From contig JAWBKB010000004.1 in the NCBI GenBank assembly GCA_038831915.1, positions 42,253 through 106,252 on the forward strand: 64,000 bases of DNA, written 5' to 3'. The position numbers were made by a program, and so were the translations under genes. Origin of the DNA: Candidatus Caldarchaeum sp. (GTDB lineage Archaea > Thermoproteota > Nitrososphaeria_A > Caldarchaeales > Caldarchaeaceae). The notes under the pieces were generated by a model. The model made no database searches. It was not told where the DNA came from and saw only the letters and a list, made by a program, of their open reading frames with translations. Below, piece by piece: positions 50,880-59,761 of this stretch; the stretch's first letter is position 1, and every line of letters starts with the position of its first letter.

Positions 50880-52067
50880 ATGAGTAGCAGTTTTTTTGGC
50901 GAAAGAACCATTTTGATGATTCCAGGCCCGACCGAGCTTCATCCCGCTGTTCAGAAGGTTCTCAACACGCCGATCATGGCGCACTACGGCTCTGAATGGG
51001 CGCCTATCTACAACGAAACACTGAAACTCGCGGCCGCGATTTTCAAAACCAAGCAGGAAGTTTTCATGATGCCCACCCCGGGAACCGTAGCGCTCGAGAC
51101 TGGGATAAACAGCTTGGTTGAACCGGGTGAAAAAGTTGTTGCTGTTGTAAACGGTTTTTTCAGCGAAAGGATGGCGGACATAGCTTGTCATTTAGGTGCT
51201 GAAACGGTGAAGGTTGAAGCCGAGCCGGGAAGCTTAGTGGACCCAGCCGTCTTGGATAGTGTTTTGAGCAAAAACCATGGAGTCAAAGCGGTTCTCGCGG
51301 TCCAAAACGAAACATCGACAGGGGTTCTAAACCCAATTCCCGAATACGCGAAAATAGCTCGTGAACACGATGTTTTGTTTATCGTTGACGCCATTTCCTC
51401 CTATGGCGGTGTCGAAATGCGATTTGATGAATGGGGAATCGATTTCTGCGTTGGATATGCCAACAAATGTTTGGGCAGCATTCCGGGCACCGTGCCAGTC
51501 GCCGTCAGCGATAGGGCCTGGGAAGTTTTTCGGAGAAGAAGGCAGCCGCCGCGTTCTTTCTTCACGAACCTCGGTGTTTGGCGCCATTACATCGACGAAT
51601 GGGGGCCGGTTGGCCACCCGTATCCAACCACCATCAGTCCTCACGCGGTTCTCTGCTTTAAAGCGGCCGCGGAAGCAGCCCTTGAAGAGGGGTTGGAAAA
51701 CCGATACAATAGACATTTGAAAATGGGAGCGGCTTTCAGGAAAGCCATCAGAGCCATGGGTTTAGAGATCCTGCCCAACGAAAAAGATGCTTCGCCTGTG
51801 GTGACCGCAGTCAGTTTGCCGTCCACACTTTGGAAAGACGGTGGAAAAGTCAACCAAATCATGCTACAGAAACACCGCATAATGATTGGCGGCGGACTGG
51901 TTAAACTTCACGGCCGAATAATACGAATAGGCCACATGTGCGTCACTGCGAGCACACGATACATCGTCCCTACTTTGGCAGCACTAAGAGATACTTTCAA
52001 CATCCTGGGGCTGACGCTCAACGACGGAATCGAAACCTTCATGAAAAACGTTTCTGAAACGCATTAA
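50880..52067 (+). CDS. Class V aminotransferase (alanine-glyoxylate/serine-pyruvate type)
   Basis: LMIPGPT, QNETSTG, VDAISS, ANKCLG, IRIGHM. Confidence 0.9.
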   Translation: MSSSFFGERTILMIPGPTELHPAVQKVLNTPIMAHYGSEWAPIYNETLKLAAAIFKTKQEVFMMPTPGTVALETGINSLVEPGEKVVAVVNGFFSERMADIACHLGAETVKVEAEPGSLVDPAVLDSVLSKNHGVKAVLAVQNETSTGVLNPIPEYAKIAREHDVLFIVDAISSYGGVEMRFDEWGIDFCVGYANKCLGSIPGTVPVAVSDRAWEVFRRRRQPPRSFFTNLGVWRHYIDEWGPVGHPYPTTISPHAVLCFKAAAEAALEEGLENRYNRHLKMGAAFRKAIRAMGLEILPNEKDASPVVTAVSLPSTLWKDGGKVNQIMLQKHRIMIGGGLVKLHGRIIRIGHMCVTASTRYIVPTLAALRDTFNILGLTLNDGIETFMKNVSETH

Positions 52068-52099
52068 GCTTTTTATCATGCAGAACTGAGCTAAAAGCC

Positions 52100-52747
52100 G
52101 TGCCGATACTCACTGAAAGGGATAAACGGGCTGTTCGCAGCAGGCTTCAAGGAAACCTCGAAAACCCCGTGAGGATGAAAGTCTTTACACAGGAATTCGA
52201 ATGCCAATACTGCAGCGACCTACGTACCCTAGTCGAGGAATTATCGGAGCTCGGCGATGGTAAACTCGAACACGAAATCTACGACTTCGAGAAAAACGCA
52301 GACCTTGCGGCGCGATGGAAGGTCGACAAGATTCCGGCGCTGTTAATACATGGTTTAAAGGAGTACAAGGTACGATACTTCGGGCTACCAGCCGGATATG
52401 AATTCGCGGCGTTACTTGACGACTTGATAGACGTGAGCAGGGGAGTTTCGAGGCTTTCCCCATCGGTTAAACAGAAAGTCAAAGAAATCGACAGACCGGT
52501 TCACATACAGGTCTTTGTAACACCGACATGCCCCTACTGCCCGAGAGCAGTCCGCACAGCACATCAAATGGCTATCGAAAACGAATTGATAACCGCGGAC
52601 ATGATTGAAGCCATCGAATTTCCTCATCTCGCTAACAAATACAACGTGATGGCCGTGCCAAAAATTGTAATCAACGACAAAATTTCATTTGAAGGCGCTT
52701 TGCCCGACGCCCATTTCGTCGAACATGTTTTGATGGCTCTCGAGTAG
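52100..52747 (+). CDS. Protein disulfide oxidoreductase (two thioredoxin folds)
   Basis: CQYC and CPYC; GLPAGYEF. Confidence 0.9.
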   Translation: MPILTERDKRAVRSRLQGNLENPVRMKVFTQEFECQYCSDLRTLVEELSELGDGKLEHEIYDFEKNADLAARWKVDKIPALLIHGLKEYKVRYFGLPAGYEFAALLDDLIDVSRGVSRLSPSVKQKVKEIDRPVHIQVFVTPTCPYCPRAVRTAHQMAIENELITADMIEAIEFPHLANKYNVMAVPKIVINDKISFEGALPDAHFVEHVLMALE

Positions 52748-52767
52748 AAAAATGAGGTGAAAAAGTT

Positions 52768-53673
52768 TTGAAAGCTGTTTGGATGGACGGCGAACTTGTG
52801 CCATGGGAACAGGCCAAAGTCCACGTTTCAGTAAACGCTCTTCACTACGGCACCGCCGTTTTCGAAGGAATCCGAGGATATTTCCATGAAAACGAAATAT
52901 ACGTTTTCAGGCTTCGTGAGCACATCAAAAGACTTGTGGAATCGGCGAAAATAGTGATGCTCAAAAACCCCTACTCAGTAGACCAGCTCGTCGGAGCAGT
53001 GGTGCACACCATATTTCACAACGGCTACAGGTCCAACGTTTACATCAGACCTATTATCTACGCTGGCGAAAACATAATGTCGCTCAACGCGCTCAACCTC
53101 CCTGTAAGAGCGGCGATACTCGTCTTTCCTCTGGACAAATTCTTCTCCAAACAAGGGTTGAGAGTTTGCGTCTCCTCTTGGCGCAGATTACCGGATTCAT
53201 CTATGCCGCCACGGGCTAAAGCATCAGCAAACTACCTAAACTCAATTCTCGCATCGACAGAAGCACACATGATGGGTTATGATGAAGCCATTTTACTAGA
53301 CCAATCTGGATACGTGAGCGAAGGAGCTGGCGAAAACATCTTTATCGTAAAAAACGAGGTACTATCCACTCCGCCCATAAGCTCGTCGATACTAGAGGGA
53401 ATCACGCGTGATTCGGTGATAAAGCTGGCTTCCGACATGGGCTTCCGAGTGTTGGAAAGACCGATAACTCGCACCGAGCTCTACACCGCCGATGAGCTCT
53501 TCTTCACGGGAACGGCTGCTGAAGTTACACCCATCATCGAAGTAGATGGGCGAACAATTGGAAACGGTGCAGTGGGACCAGTAACGAAGCAACTCATGGA
53601 AAAATATCAGAGGGTTGTGCGTGGGCTTGAGCCAGCGTATCGTTCATGGCTGACATCGGTGTATGGTCGCTGA
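52768..53673 (+). CDS. ilvE: Branched-chain amino acid aminotransferase
   Basis: ALHYGTAVFEGIR, AKASANY, EGAGENIF, LEGITR, FFTGTAAEV. Confidence 0.95.
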   Translation: MKAVWMDGELVPWEQAKVHVSVNALHYGTAVFEGIRGYFHENEIYVFRLREHIKRLVESAKIVMLKNPYSVDQLVGAVVHTIFHNGYRSNVYIRPIIYAGENIMSLNALNLPVRAAILVFPLDKFFSKQGLRVCVSSWRRLPDSSMPPRAKASANYLNSILASTEAHMMGYDEAILLDQSGYVSEGAGENIFIVKNEVLSTPPISSSILEGITRDSVIKLASDMGFRVLERPITRTELYTADELFFTGTAAEVTPIIEVDGRTIGNGAVGPVTKQLMEKYQRVVRGLEPAYRSWLTSVYGR

Positions 53674-53680
53674 TCGGTGA

Positions 53681-54007
53681 ATGGATTTGCGTTGTTTCCT
53701 TTGCGGTGAAAGCGTTCCATATGCTTTGCTTCGTCTCGACATGCCAAGATGCCCGAAAGGCCACGAGCTAGGCGTATGGGTTGCATGCGGAAACCCTGAT
53801 GAGACACATGTTTACCTCAAAAGGGACCAATCAGGCTGTCCCTACTGCGGCAACAGGCAGGCAACGCCTATGGTGAAAGGAGTTAAAGTGAAATGCATGA
53901 ACGTCGGACCCGCCGGTCCATGCAACTATCCCTACTATGTCTGGCTCGAAGACGGCCCTCCATGTCACCTAAATCACTTAAGCAAGATCGTAGTTGTCAA
54001 GCAGTAA
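53681..54007 (+). CDS. Cys/His-rich multi-zinc-ribbon hypothetical protein
   Basis: CFLC, CPKGH, CPYC, C..C and CHLNH in 108 aa. Confidence 0.65.
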   Translation: MDLRCFLCGESVPYALLRLDMPRCPKGHELGVWVACGNPDETHVYLKRDQSGCPYCGNRQATPMVKGVKVKCMNVGPAGPCNYPYYVWLEDGPPCHLNHLSKIVVVKQ

Positions 54008-54599
54008 GCTAGTACAGGTTAAGAAAGCGGTTGAAGTCGTATCGCGCGGAGGAATAGTAATCTACCCGACCGATACGCTGTATGGGATAGGGTGCGACCC
54101 GTTTTCGGTCGACTCGGTCAAAAGAGTTTTTGAAATCAAAAGAAGAGAACCGAAGCCGATGCCCGTCCTTATCCCTGACATCGAAATGCTTTACAGGGTC
54201 GCTGAACCTGCTGAACACGAAATCGAAGCGGGGTTTAAACTCTGGCCTGGCCCGGTCACGATAATTATCAAAAAACGGCGTGAGCTTCCCGACCTCGTCA
54301 CAGCAGGCGAGCAAACAGTCGGAGTAAGAATTCCAGGTCACCTCATACCTTTGACCATAATGCAAGAAACAAACAAACCTCTCGTGGGAACCAGCGCCAA
54401 CATCTCGGGCCAGCCTTCAGCCCAAGAAATCGGTCAAATCGACCCATCTATCCTCGAAGCCGTTGACGCAGTGGTCGACGGTGGACCAACGTTCTACAAC
54501 GCTCCATCAACCGTCATAAAAGTATCGTTGGATGGGTTCGAAGTCATCCGCGAAGGCGCAACATCACGTAGCGAAATCGCGCGGAGACTCGGGTTCTAA
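53994..54599 (+). CDS. sua5: Threonylcarbamoyl-AMP synthase (Sua5/TsaC, YrdC domain only)
   Basis: YPTDTLYGIG, KRR, WPGPVT, GVRIP, GTSANISG. Confidence 0.93.
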   Translation: MSSSKLVQVKKAVEVVSRGGIVIYPTDTLYGIGCDPFSVDSVKRVFEIKRREPKPMPVLIPDIEMLYRVAEPAEHEIEAGFKLWPGPVTIIIKKRRELPDLVTAGEQTVGVRIPGHLIPLTIMQETNKPLVGTSANISGQPSAQEIGQIDPSILEAVDAVVDGGPTFYNAPSTVIKVSLDGFEVIREGATSRSEIARRLGF

Positions 54600-55129
54600 A
54601 CCATAGACGAAGCGATCTTTTGGATCACGAGAAGCTTTACGGCGTCTCTTCTAGTCTGCGCTTGGACAGCCGCTATCTGTTCATCCGTTAAACCGTAGCT
54701 CTGCTGTAACTCGTTTATTTCCACATCGGTTAAAAGCTCCTTTTCACTTGTTTTGGTAAATTGTAAAAGCTTGTGAACGGTGTCAACGACCGATTCAGAA
54801 TCATCTCCCACGACATAAAAGACCGCCTCCTTCGAATTGGGAGTCAGCCCCAGTTTCTTTATCGCTTCATCCACCTGTGTGGTAGCTGCCAAGCGGATCA
54901 GGATTTCATTTGCGATGGTTTTGGCTTTTTGTTTAGGTGTACCGAAAGCTAGAACCGCGTTGACCACCGCAGCGTCGAAAACGTCCCAATCCATCACCTT
55001 GCTGGCGTCTACCAGCTGCACGTTCTTGAAATTCTTCAACACCGAGTCCAGCAGCTCAGAAACATTTGTGTCAGCTAGGGGGATGACACCAGCAGCAACG
55101 TATTTGTTGCGAAACTGTAAAAGCCTCAA
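54596..55129 (-). CDS. cgi121: KEOPS complex subunit Cgi121
   Basis: QLVDA...AKTIANEILIRLAATTQVDEAIKKLG. Confidence 0.8.
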   Translation of the reverse strand: MRLLQFRNKYVAAGVIPLADTNVSELLDSVLKNFKNVQLVDASKVMDWDVFDAAVVNAVLAFGTPKQKAKTIANEILIRLAATTQVDEAIKKLGLTPNSKEAVFYVVGDDSESVVDTVHKLLQFTKTSEKELLTDVEINELQQSYGLTDEQIAAVQAQTRRDAVKLLVIQKIASSMV

Positions 55130-55401
55130 ACACGTCCACCGTGAATAGATGGAATCAAAGTCACGGTATCTGTCTCGCTTATCTCGGTGTCAAGCCATGA
55201 AAGATATCTAACGTCAACGCCGTTCACCAATACGAGTACCCCCGCAACAGGCTTCCCTAAATCATCGACAACATATTTTCTGATATCCTTGTCGAGCCCC
55301 GTCAATAAGTCACTTAATTTCATTTTTCCCTCTACTGGAATCTCGACGAATTTTTTCCCTACGATAGCTCGGAGAGGTCCGAGAAACTCCACTTTCAACA
55401 T
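55126..55401 (-). CDS. Ubiquitin-like Urm1/SAMP/MoaD family protein
   Basis: LVLVNGVD...DTVTLIPSIHGG followed by RV. Confidence 0.85.
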   Translation of the reverse strand: MLKVEFLGPLRAIVGKKFVEIPVEGKMKLSDLLTGLDKDIRKYVVDDLGKPVAGVLVLVNGVDVRYLSWLDTEISETDTVTLIPSIHGGRV

Positions 55402-55484
55402 CTACTGCATATTCCTATTTTTTAAAAAGCTTGTGCGAAAACGCGTCGCGATAACACTTTATAAAAGCATTCACGAGTTTCCTC

Positions 55485-55988
55485 ATGTTCGTTCCAGCCG
55501 AAAGAATCAAGGTATTTTTCGAAATGGAGGAGAAATACCGTGAAAAGGACGCCGAATATTTCCGTGGGCTTCTTTACTCGGACGACTTTGTTGTCAGGGC
55601 ACGTGCGATATGTGTCTTGGCGGAAATAGCTGGCAGGGAGTATATTTCGGATTTGGCTAAAGTTCTACTATACGATGAAAACCCTATCGTGAGACATGAA
55701 GCGGCGTACAGCCTTGGACAGCTAGGCTATAGAGAAGCGATACCTTACCTGGTTCAGTCTATGAAAACAGACCAGAACCCCATAGTGCGTCATGAATCAG
55801 CAATAGCTTTGGGCGTAATCGGCAGAGAGGACCCTATGCCGGAGTTGCTTGAAGCGTTGAAAGATTCGTCGCAGGAGGTTGTGGATTCGGCGATAATTGC
55901 GTTGAGCAACATCGAATTCTGCAAAAAACTGTTTCAAACCGAAAAGTACGAAGCTGCACGTGAGTTTGCGAGGAAGACAGGTGGTTAA
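55485..55988 (+). CDS. HEAT-repeat protein with two His-Glu motifs (deoxyhypusine hydroxylase-like half molecule)
   Basis: VRHEAAYSLGQLG and VRHESAIALGVIG. Confidence 0.75.
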   Translation: MFVPAERIKVFFEMEEKYREKDAEYFRGLLYSDDFVVRARAICVLAEIAGREYISDLAKVLLYDENPIVRHEAAYSLGQLGYREAIPYLVQSMKTDQNPIVRHESAIALGVIGREDPMPELLEALKDSSQEVVDSAIIALSNIEFCKKLFQTEKYEAAREFARKTGG

Positions 55989-56035
55989 CGAATCAAATGA
56001 ATCGGTGATAGGTATAATAACATCGTTAGGCATCT

Positions 56036-56509
56036 TTGGACGAAATGCCCGGTCGCATCATAAAGGAGTTTAGCTTCATGTTGAACGGGGAGCCTGTGAA
56101 GGTTTCCGCTCCCCCGGGCCATACGTTGCTCGAAGTTCTGCGTTACATATTACATTTGACGGGAACTAAAGACGGATGCAGTAGCGGCGACTGCGGGGCC
56201 TGCACAGTACTTCTTGACGGGAAACCTGTTCATTCCTGTTTAACGCTTATTTCTCAGGTTGAAGGCCGCAGCGTTGTAACGGTCGAAGGCGTCGATGATT
56301 ATGTCGTCAAAGCATACGCAGATGAGGGCGCTGTTCAATGCGGCTACTGTACACCCGGACTCGTAGTTACAACCTACGCGTTGCTGCAGGAACAGCCCAC
56401 CACCTCGGTGGAAGAAATCAAAGACATGTTAAGGGGGAATCTCTGCCGATGCACCGGATACACGAAGATTATCAAGGCAGTTCAGAAGGCGGCCGGTGAA
56501 AAGGTTTGA
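56036..56509 (+). CDS. Xanthine dehydrogenase family 2Fe-2S subunit
   Basis: GCSSGDCGACTV, QCGYCTPG, NLCRCTGY. Confidence 0.93.
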   Translation: MDEMPGRIIKEFSFMLNGEPVKVSAPPGHTLLEVLRYILHLTGTKDGCSSGDCGACTVLLDGKPVHSCLTLISQVEGRSVVTVEGVDDYVVKAYADEGAVQCGYCTPGLVVTTYALLQEQPTTSVEEIKDMLRGNLCRCTGYTKIIKAVQKAAGEKV

Positions 56510-57384
56510 AGTCTCTCGCTCACATCGACGTTGTCTCGCCGCGAAGCCTTGACGAAGCTCTCAACATACTGAGCGGTAACTCGGGCAAAGTCCGCGTTCT
56601 CGCCGGCGGAACAGACCTAATAATCCAGCTCAGAAAATCATCCATAAAAGAACTCACCCTCCTCAACATTTACTCCATCGACGAACTGCGCTACATCCGT
56701 TATGAAGACGGCATTGTTAAAATCGGAGCTTTGACGGATTTCATGACGATTTCACAATCACCACTTGTACACAAATACGCACCTGTGCTCGCCGAAGCTG
56801 CGCGGTGGATTGGCTCCGTTCAGATTTTGAACAAAGCATCAATTGGTGGAAACATCGTCAACGCATCGCCAGCGGCCGACTCCTTGCCCGCGCTTTACGT
56901 GCTCGACGCAAAGCTGACGCTTGCGTCAAAAAAAGGCCGTAGGCACGTTCCCATAGCTGATTTCTACAGAGGCTACAAACAGCTTGACATGAATCCCGAG
57001 GAGCTTCTCGTTGAAGTTTCCTTCCAGGCGATGAATCAACGGCAGCTGGGCATGTTTTTCAAGCACGGGCTGCGGCAGGGTGACGCGATTTCTGTGGTGA
57101 ACGGGGCTGTGTTGCTTGAAGTTGCACCCTCGAACAGGTCAGTGGTCGAAGCCCGGATAGCGTTAGGCGCGGTCGCGCCAACCGTAGTAAGGGCTAAAGA
57201 AACTGAAGCGTTTCTCCGCGGGAAAAAGCTGGACGAAGAAACCATCAAAAAAGCTTCGGAGCTTGTTATTTCTTCGATTTCACCTATAGACGATGTTCGC
57301 GGCTCCGCTGCATATAGGACGGAGATGTGTAAGAACTATGTTTACATGACTTTGTGGCAAATTTCAAAGGTGTTGGGAGGGTGA
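56506..57384 (+). CDS. Xanthine dehydrogenase family FAD subunit
   Basis: LAGGTDL, ASIGGNIVNASPAAD, DVRGSAAYR. Confidence 0.92.
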   Translation: MKSLAHIDVVSPRSLDEALNILSGNSGKVRVLAGGTDLIIQLRKSSIKELTLLNIYSIDELRYIRYEDGIVKIGALTDFMTISQSPLVHKYAPVLAEAARWIGSVQILNKASIGGNIVNASPAADSLPALYVLDAKLTLASKKGRRHVPIADFYRGYKQLDMNPEELLVEVSFQAMNQRQLGMFFKHGLRQGDAISVVNGAVLLEVAPSNRSVVEARIALGAVAPTVVRAKETEAFLRGKKLDEETIKKASELVISSISPIDDVRGSAAYRTEMCKNYVYMTLWQISKVLGG

Positions 57385-59639
57385 CATCGGAAACTCGCTG
57401 GGTTGGAAAAGAAATCGCAAGGCGTGACGCCTACGAAAAAGCCCGTGGCATAACGAAGTATGCGTCAGACATGTTTCTGGAAAACATGCTATGGGTCGCA
57501 ACCCTTCGAAGCAAGTATCCACACGCAAAAATTCTCAAAATCGATGTTTCGCAGGCTTTGAAGATGCCGGGCGTGGTGGCGGTTTTTACGCACAAAGACG
57601 TTCCGAACAACAGGTACGGGCTTTTCGTCAAGGACAGACCTGTTCTCTGCGATGATAAGGTGCGTTACATCGGCGATCCCGTGGCATTGGTTGCGGCTGA
57701 ATCAAAGGAAGAGGCTGAACAAGCTATCGATGAAATAGTGGTGGAATACGAGCCTCTGCCCGTTGTCACAGACCCCTTGGAAGCGATGAAACCAGATTCG
57801 CCAGCCGTACACGAGGGGGGAAACATTTCCCGAAGCACTCGCATCACATTCGGCGACGTCGTCAAAGGCTTCTCCATGTCGAAGGTAGTAGTCGAAAACA
57901 TGTATAGAACAGGAACTCAGATACATGCTTTCCTCGAAACAGAGGCTGGGATTTCATACATCGACGAAAAAGGCCGCATCACAGTTGTTGCTGGCGGTCA
58001 ATCCCCATACAGAGATCATCACGAAATTGTCTCAACGCTCAAACTACCACCAGAAAAAGTCCGCGTAGTGATTCCCCATGTTGGAGGAGCTTTCGGCGGC
58101 AAAGACGACATCTCGGTTCAAATTCACCTAGCACTTGTCACATGGAAAACAGGAAGGCCCGCAAGGCTTGTCTGGGACAGGGAGGAATCGACGATTTCCG
58201 GAACAAAGCGTCACCCATCCATAGTGAAGATGAAGACAGGAGCTTCTGCAGACGGCCGGTTGATGGCGAACGATGTTGAAATCATATATGACACAGGGGC
58301 ATACTGCGCCCTTGGCCACGCAGTCCTCGACGTAGCGATAGAGAACTGTGACGGGCCCTACAAAATTCCACATGTCGACATAAAGGCGTGGCTCATTTAC
58401 ACCAACAACATGGTTGCGTCGGCGTTTAGGGGATTCGGCGCACCACAGGTGTTGTTCGCGATGGAGCAACAAGTTGATGCTTTGGCGCGTGAACTCGGCA
58501 TGGACCCGGTTGAGTTTCGGTTGGTAAACGCGTTGAGAAAAGGAGATTACATGGTTTTCGGAAACAAGCTCGAGACAAGCGTCGGAATCAATAAATGTCT
58601 TGAAACAGCGAAAAACCATCCATTGTGGCGGGAGAAAGAGAAAATCAAATCGGTGCAGGGATTTCCATGGGTCAAACGTGGGGTCGGCGTCGCGGCTGCA
58701 ATCAAGGGATACACTATTGGTGCTTTACCGGATAAAGGAGCAGTGTCCGTAGAAATTCGTCGAGACGGCGGAATCACGGTGAAGGGAAGCTTTACAGAAA
58801 TCGGGCAGGGCGTTATTCAATCTGTTTCGCAGATTGCCGCAGAGCTTTTCAACGTTGAAGTTGACAAGGTTGACGTGGTTTTTGCGGACACGGACAAAAC
58901 ACCTGACACAAGCGTTACGTCAGCATCGCGGCAGCTATTCCTCGCCGGCAACGCTTTAAAAGCGGCGGCTGAAAAAATGAAACAACACATAGCCGAATTC
59001 ATCCGCCGTGAATTCAACCTTCACGTGGACCCGGTTCGTTTTGAAAAAGGAAACGTAGTTGGCCGCGATTTCAGTATGTCTTTAGCCGAACTAGCTGAAG
59101 CGATGGAACGCGCCGGTGTGAGCCGTGAAGTTCTAGGTATTTTTGAGGTCCCCCGCATTCAGCCAATACCTGGTTCTCTTGAAATTCCTCATCTCTTCTA
59201 CATGTTCGGCGTCACTCTTGTTCTTGTCGAAGTGAACACTTTGACCGGAGTGGTGACAGTTCCTAAACTCGTTTCAATTGCTGATGTTGGACGAGTTGTT
59301 AATCCGCAGACGTTGACGGGCCAGCTCGAGGGGGCGGCTGTTCAGGGCCTTGGCTACGCCCTTCTCGAAGACGCGAAAATTGAAAACGGAATCCTCAAAA
59401 CAAACAACCTATCAACATACCTCATTCCAAGCATCATGGACACACCTGACATCGAAGCCATACCTGTCGAAGACTATGAAGAATCAGGACCCTTCGGAGC
59501 AAAAGGAATCGGCGAAATCGGAATAATTTCAGTGGCACCAGCAGTTGCGAACGCAATCTACGACGCCGTCGGTGTAAGACCGACATCAGCTCCGATGACA
59601 CCTGAGAAAATCTACTGGCTCATCAAAGCCAAAAAATAG
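57381..59639 (+). CDS. Xanthine dehydrogenase family molybdopterin-binding subunit
   Basis: GGAFGGK, AFRGFG, ASRQ, GAKGIGE; GTG start preceded by GGAGG. Confidence 0.92.
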   Translation: MTSETRWVGKEIARRDAYEKARGITKYASDMFLENMLWVATLRSKYPHAKILKIDVSQALKMPGVVAVFTHKDVPNNRYGLFVKDRPVLCDDKVRYIGDPVALVAAESKEEAEQAIDEIVVEYEPLPVVTDPLEAMKPDSPAVHEGGNISRSTRITFGDVVKGFSMSKVVVENMYRTGTQIHAFLETEAGISYIDEKGRITVVAGGQSPYRDHHEIVSTLKLPPEKVRVVIPHVGGAFGGKDDISVQIHLALVTWKTGRPARLVWDREESTISGTKRHPSIVKMKTGASADGRLMANDVEIIYDTGAYCALGHAVLDVAIENCDGPYKIPHVDIKAWLIYTNNMVASAFRGFGAPQVLFAMEQQVDALARELGMDPVEFRLVNALRKGDYMVFGNKLETSVGINKCLETAKNHPLWREKEKIKSVQGFPWVKRGVGVAAAIKGYTIGALPDKGAVSVEIRRDGGITVKGSFTEIGQGVIQSVSQIAAELFNVEVDKVDVVFADTDKTPDTSVTSASRQLFLAGNALKAAAEKMKQHIAEFIRREFNLHVDPVRFEKGNVVGRDFSMSLAELAEAMERAGVSREVLGIFEVPRIQPIPGSLEIPHLFYMFGVTLVLVEVNTLTGVVTVPKLVSIADVGRVVNPQTLTGQLEGAAVQGLGYALLEDAKIENGILKTNNLSTYLIPSIMDTPDIEAIPVEDYEESGPFGAKGIGEIGIISVAPAVANAIYDAVGVRPTSAPMTPEKIYWLIKAKK

Positions 59640-59761
59640 TTAAATATCTGAGGCCGCAGACAAGTCTGTCGCACTTGACTGCCAACCTTCTCTCACCGAG
59701 ATACCGTGCGACGTTTTATCGCTATTATTGAATCTAGTTCTCTGCAAAGAGGTGAAATTTT

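Noticed and set aside
56036-59639. Form I aerobic CO dehydrogenase
   Set aside because: The active-site loop is AFRGFG, not AYxCSFR; the substrate cannot be assigned from sequence.
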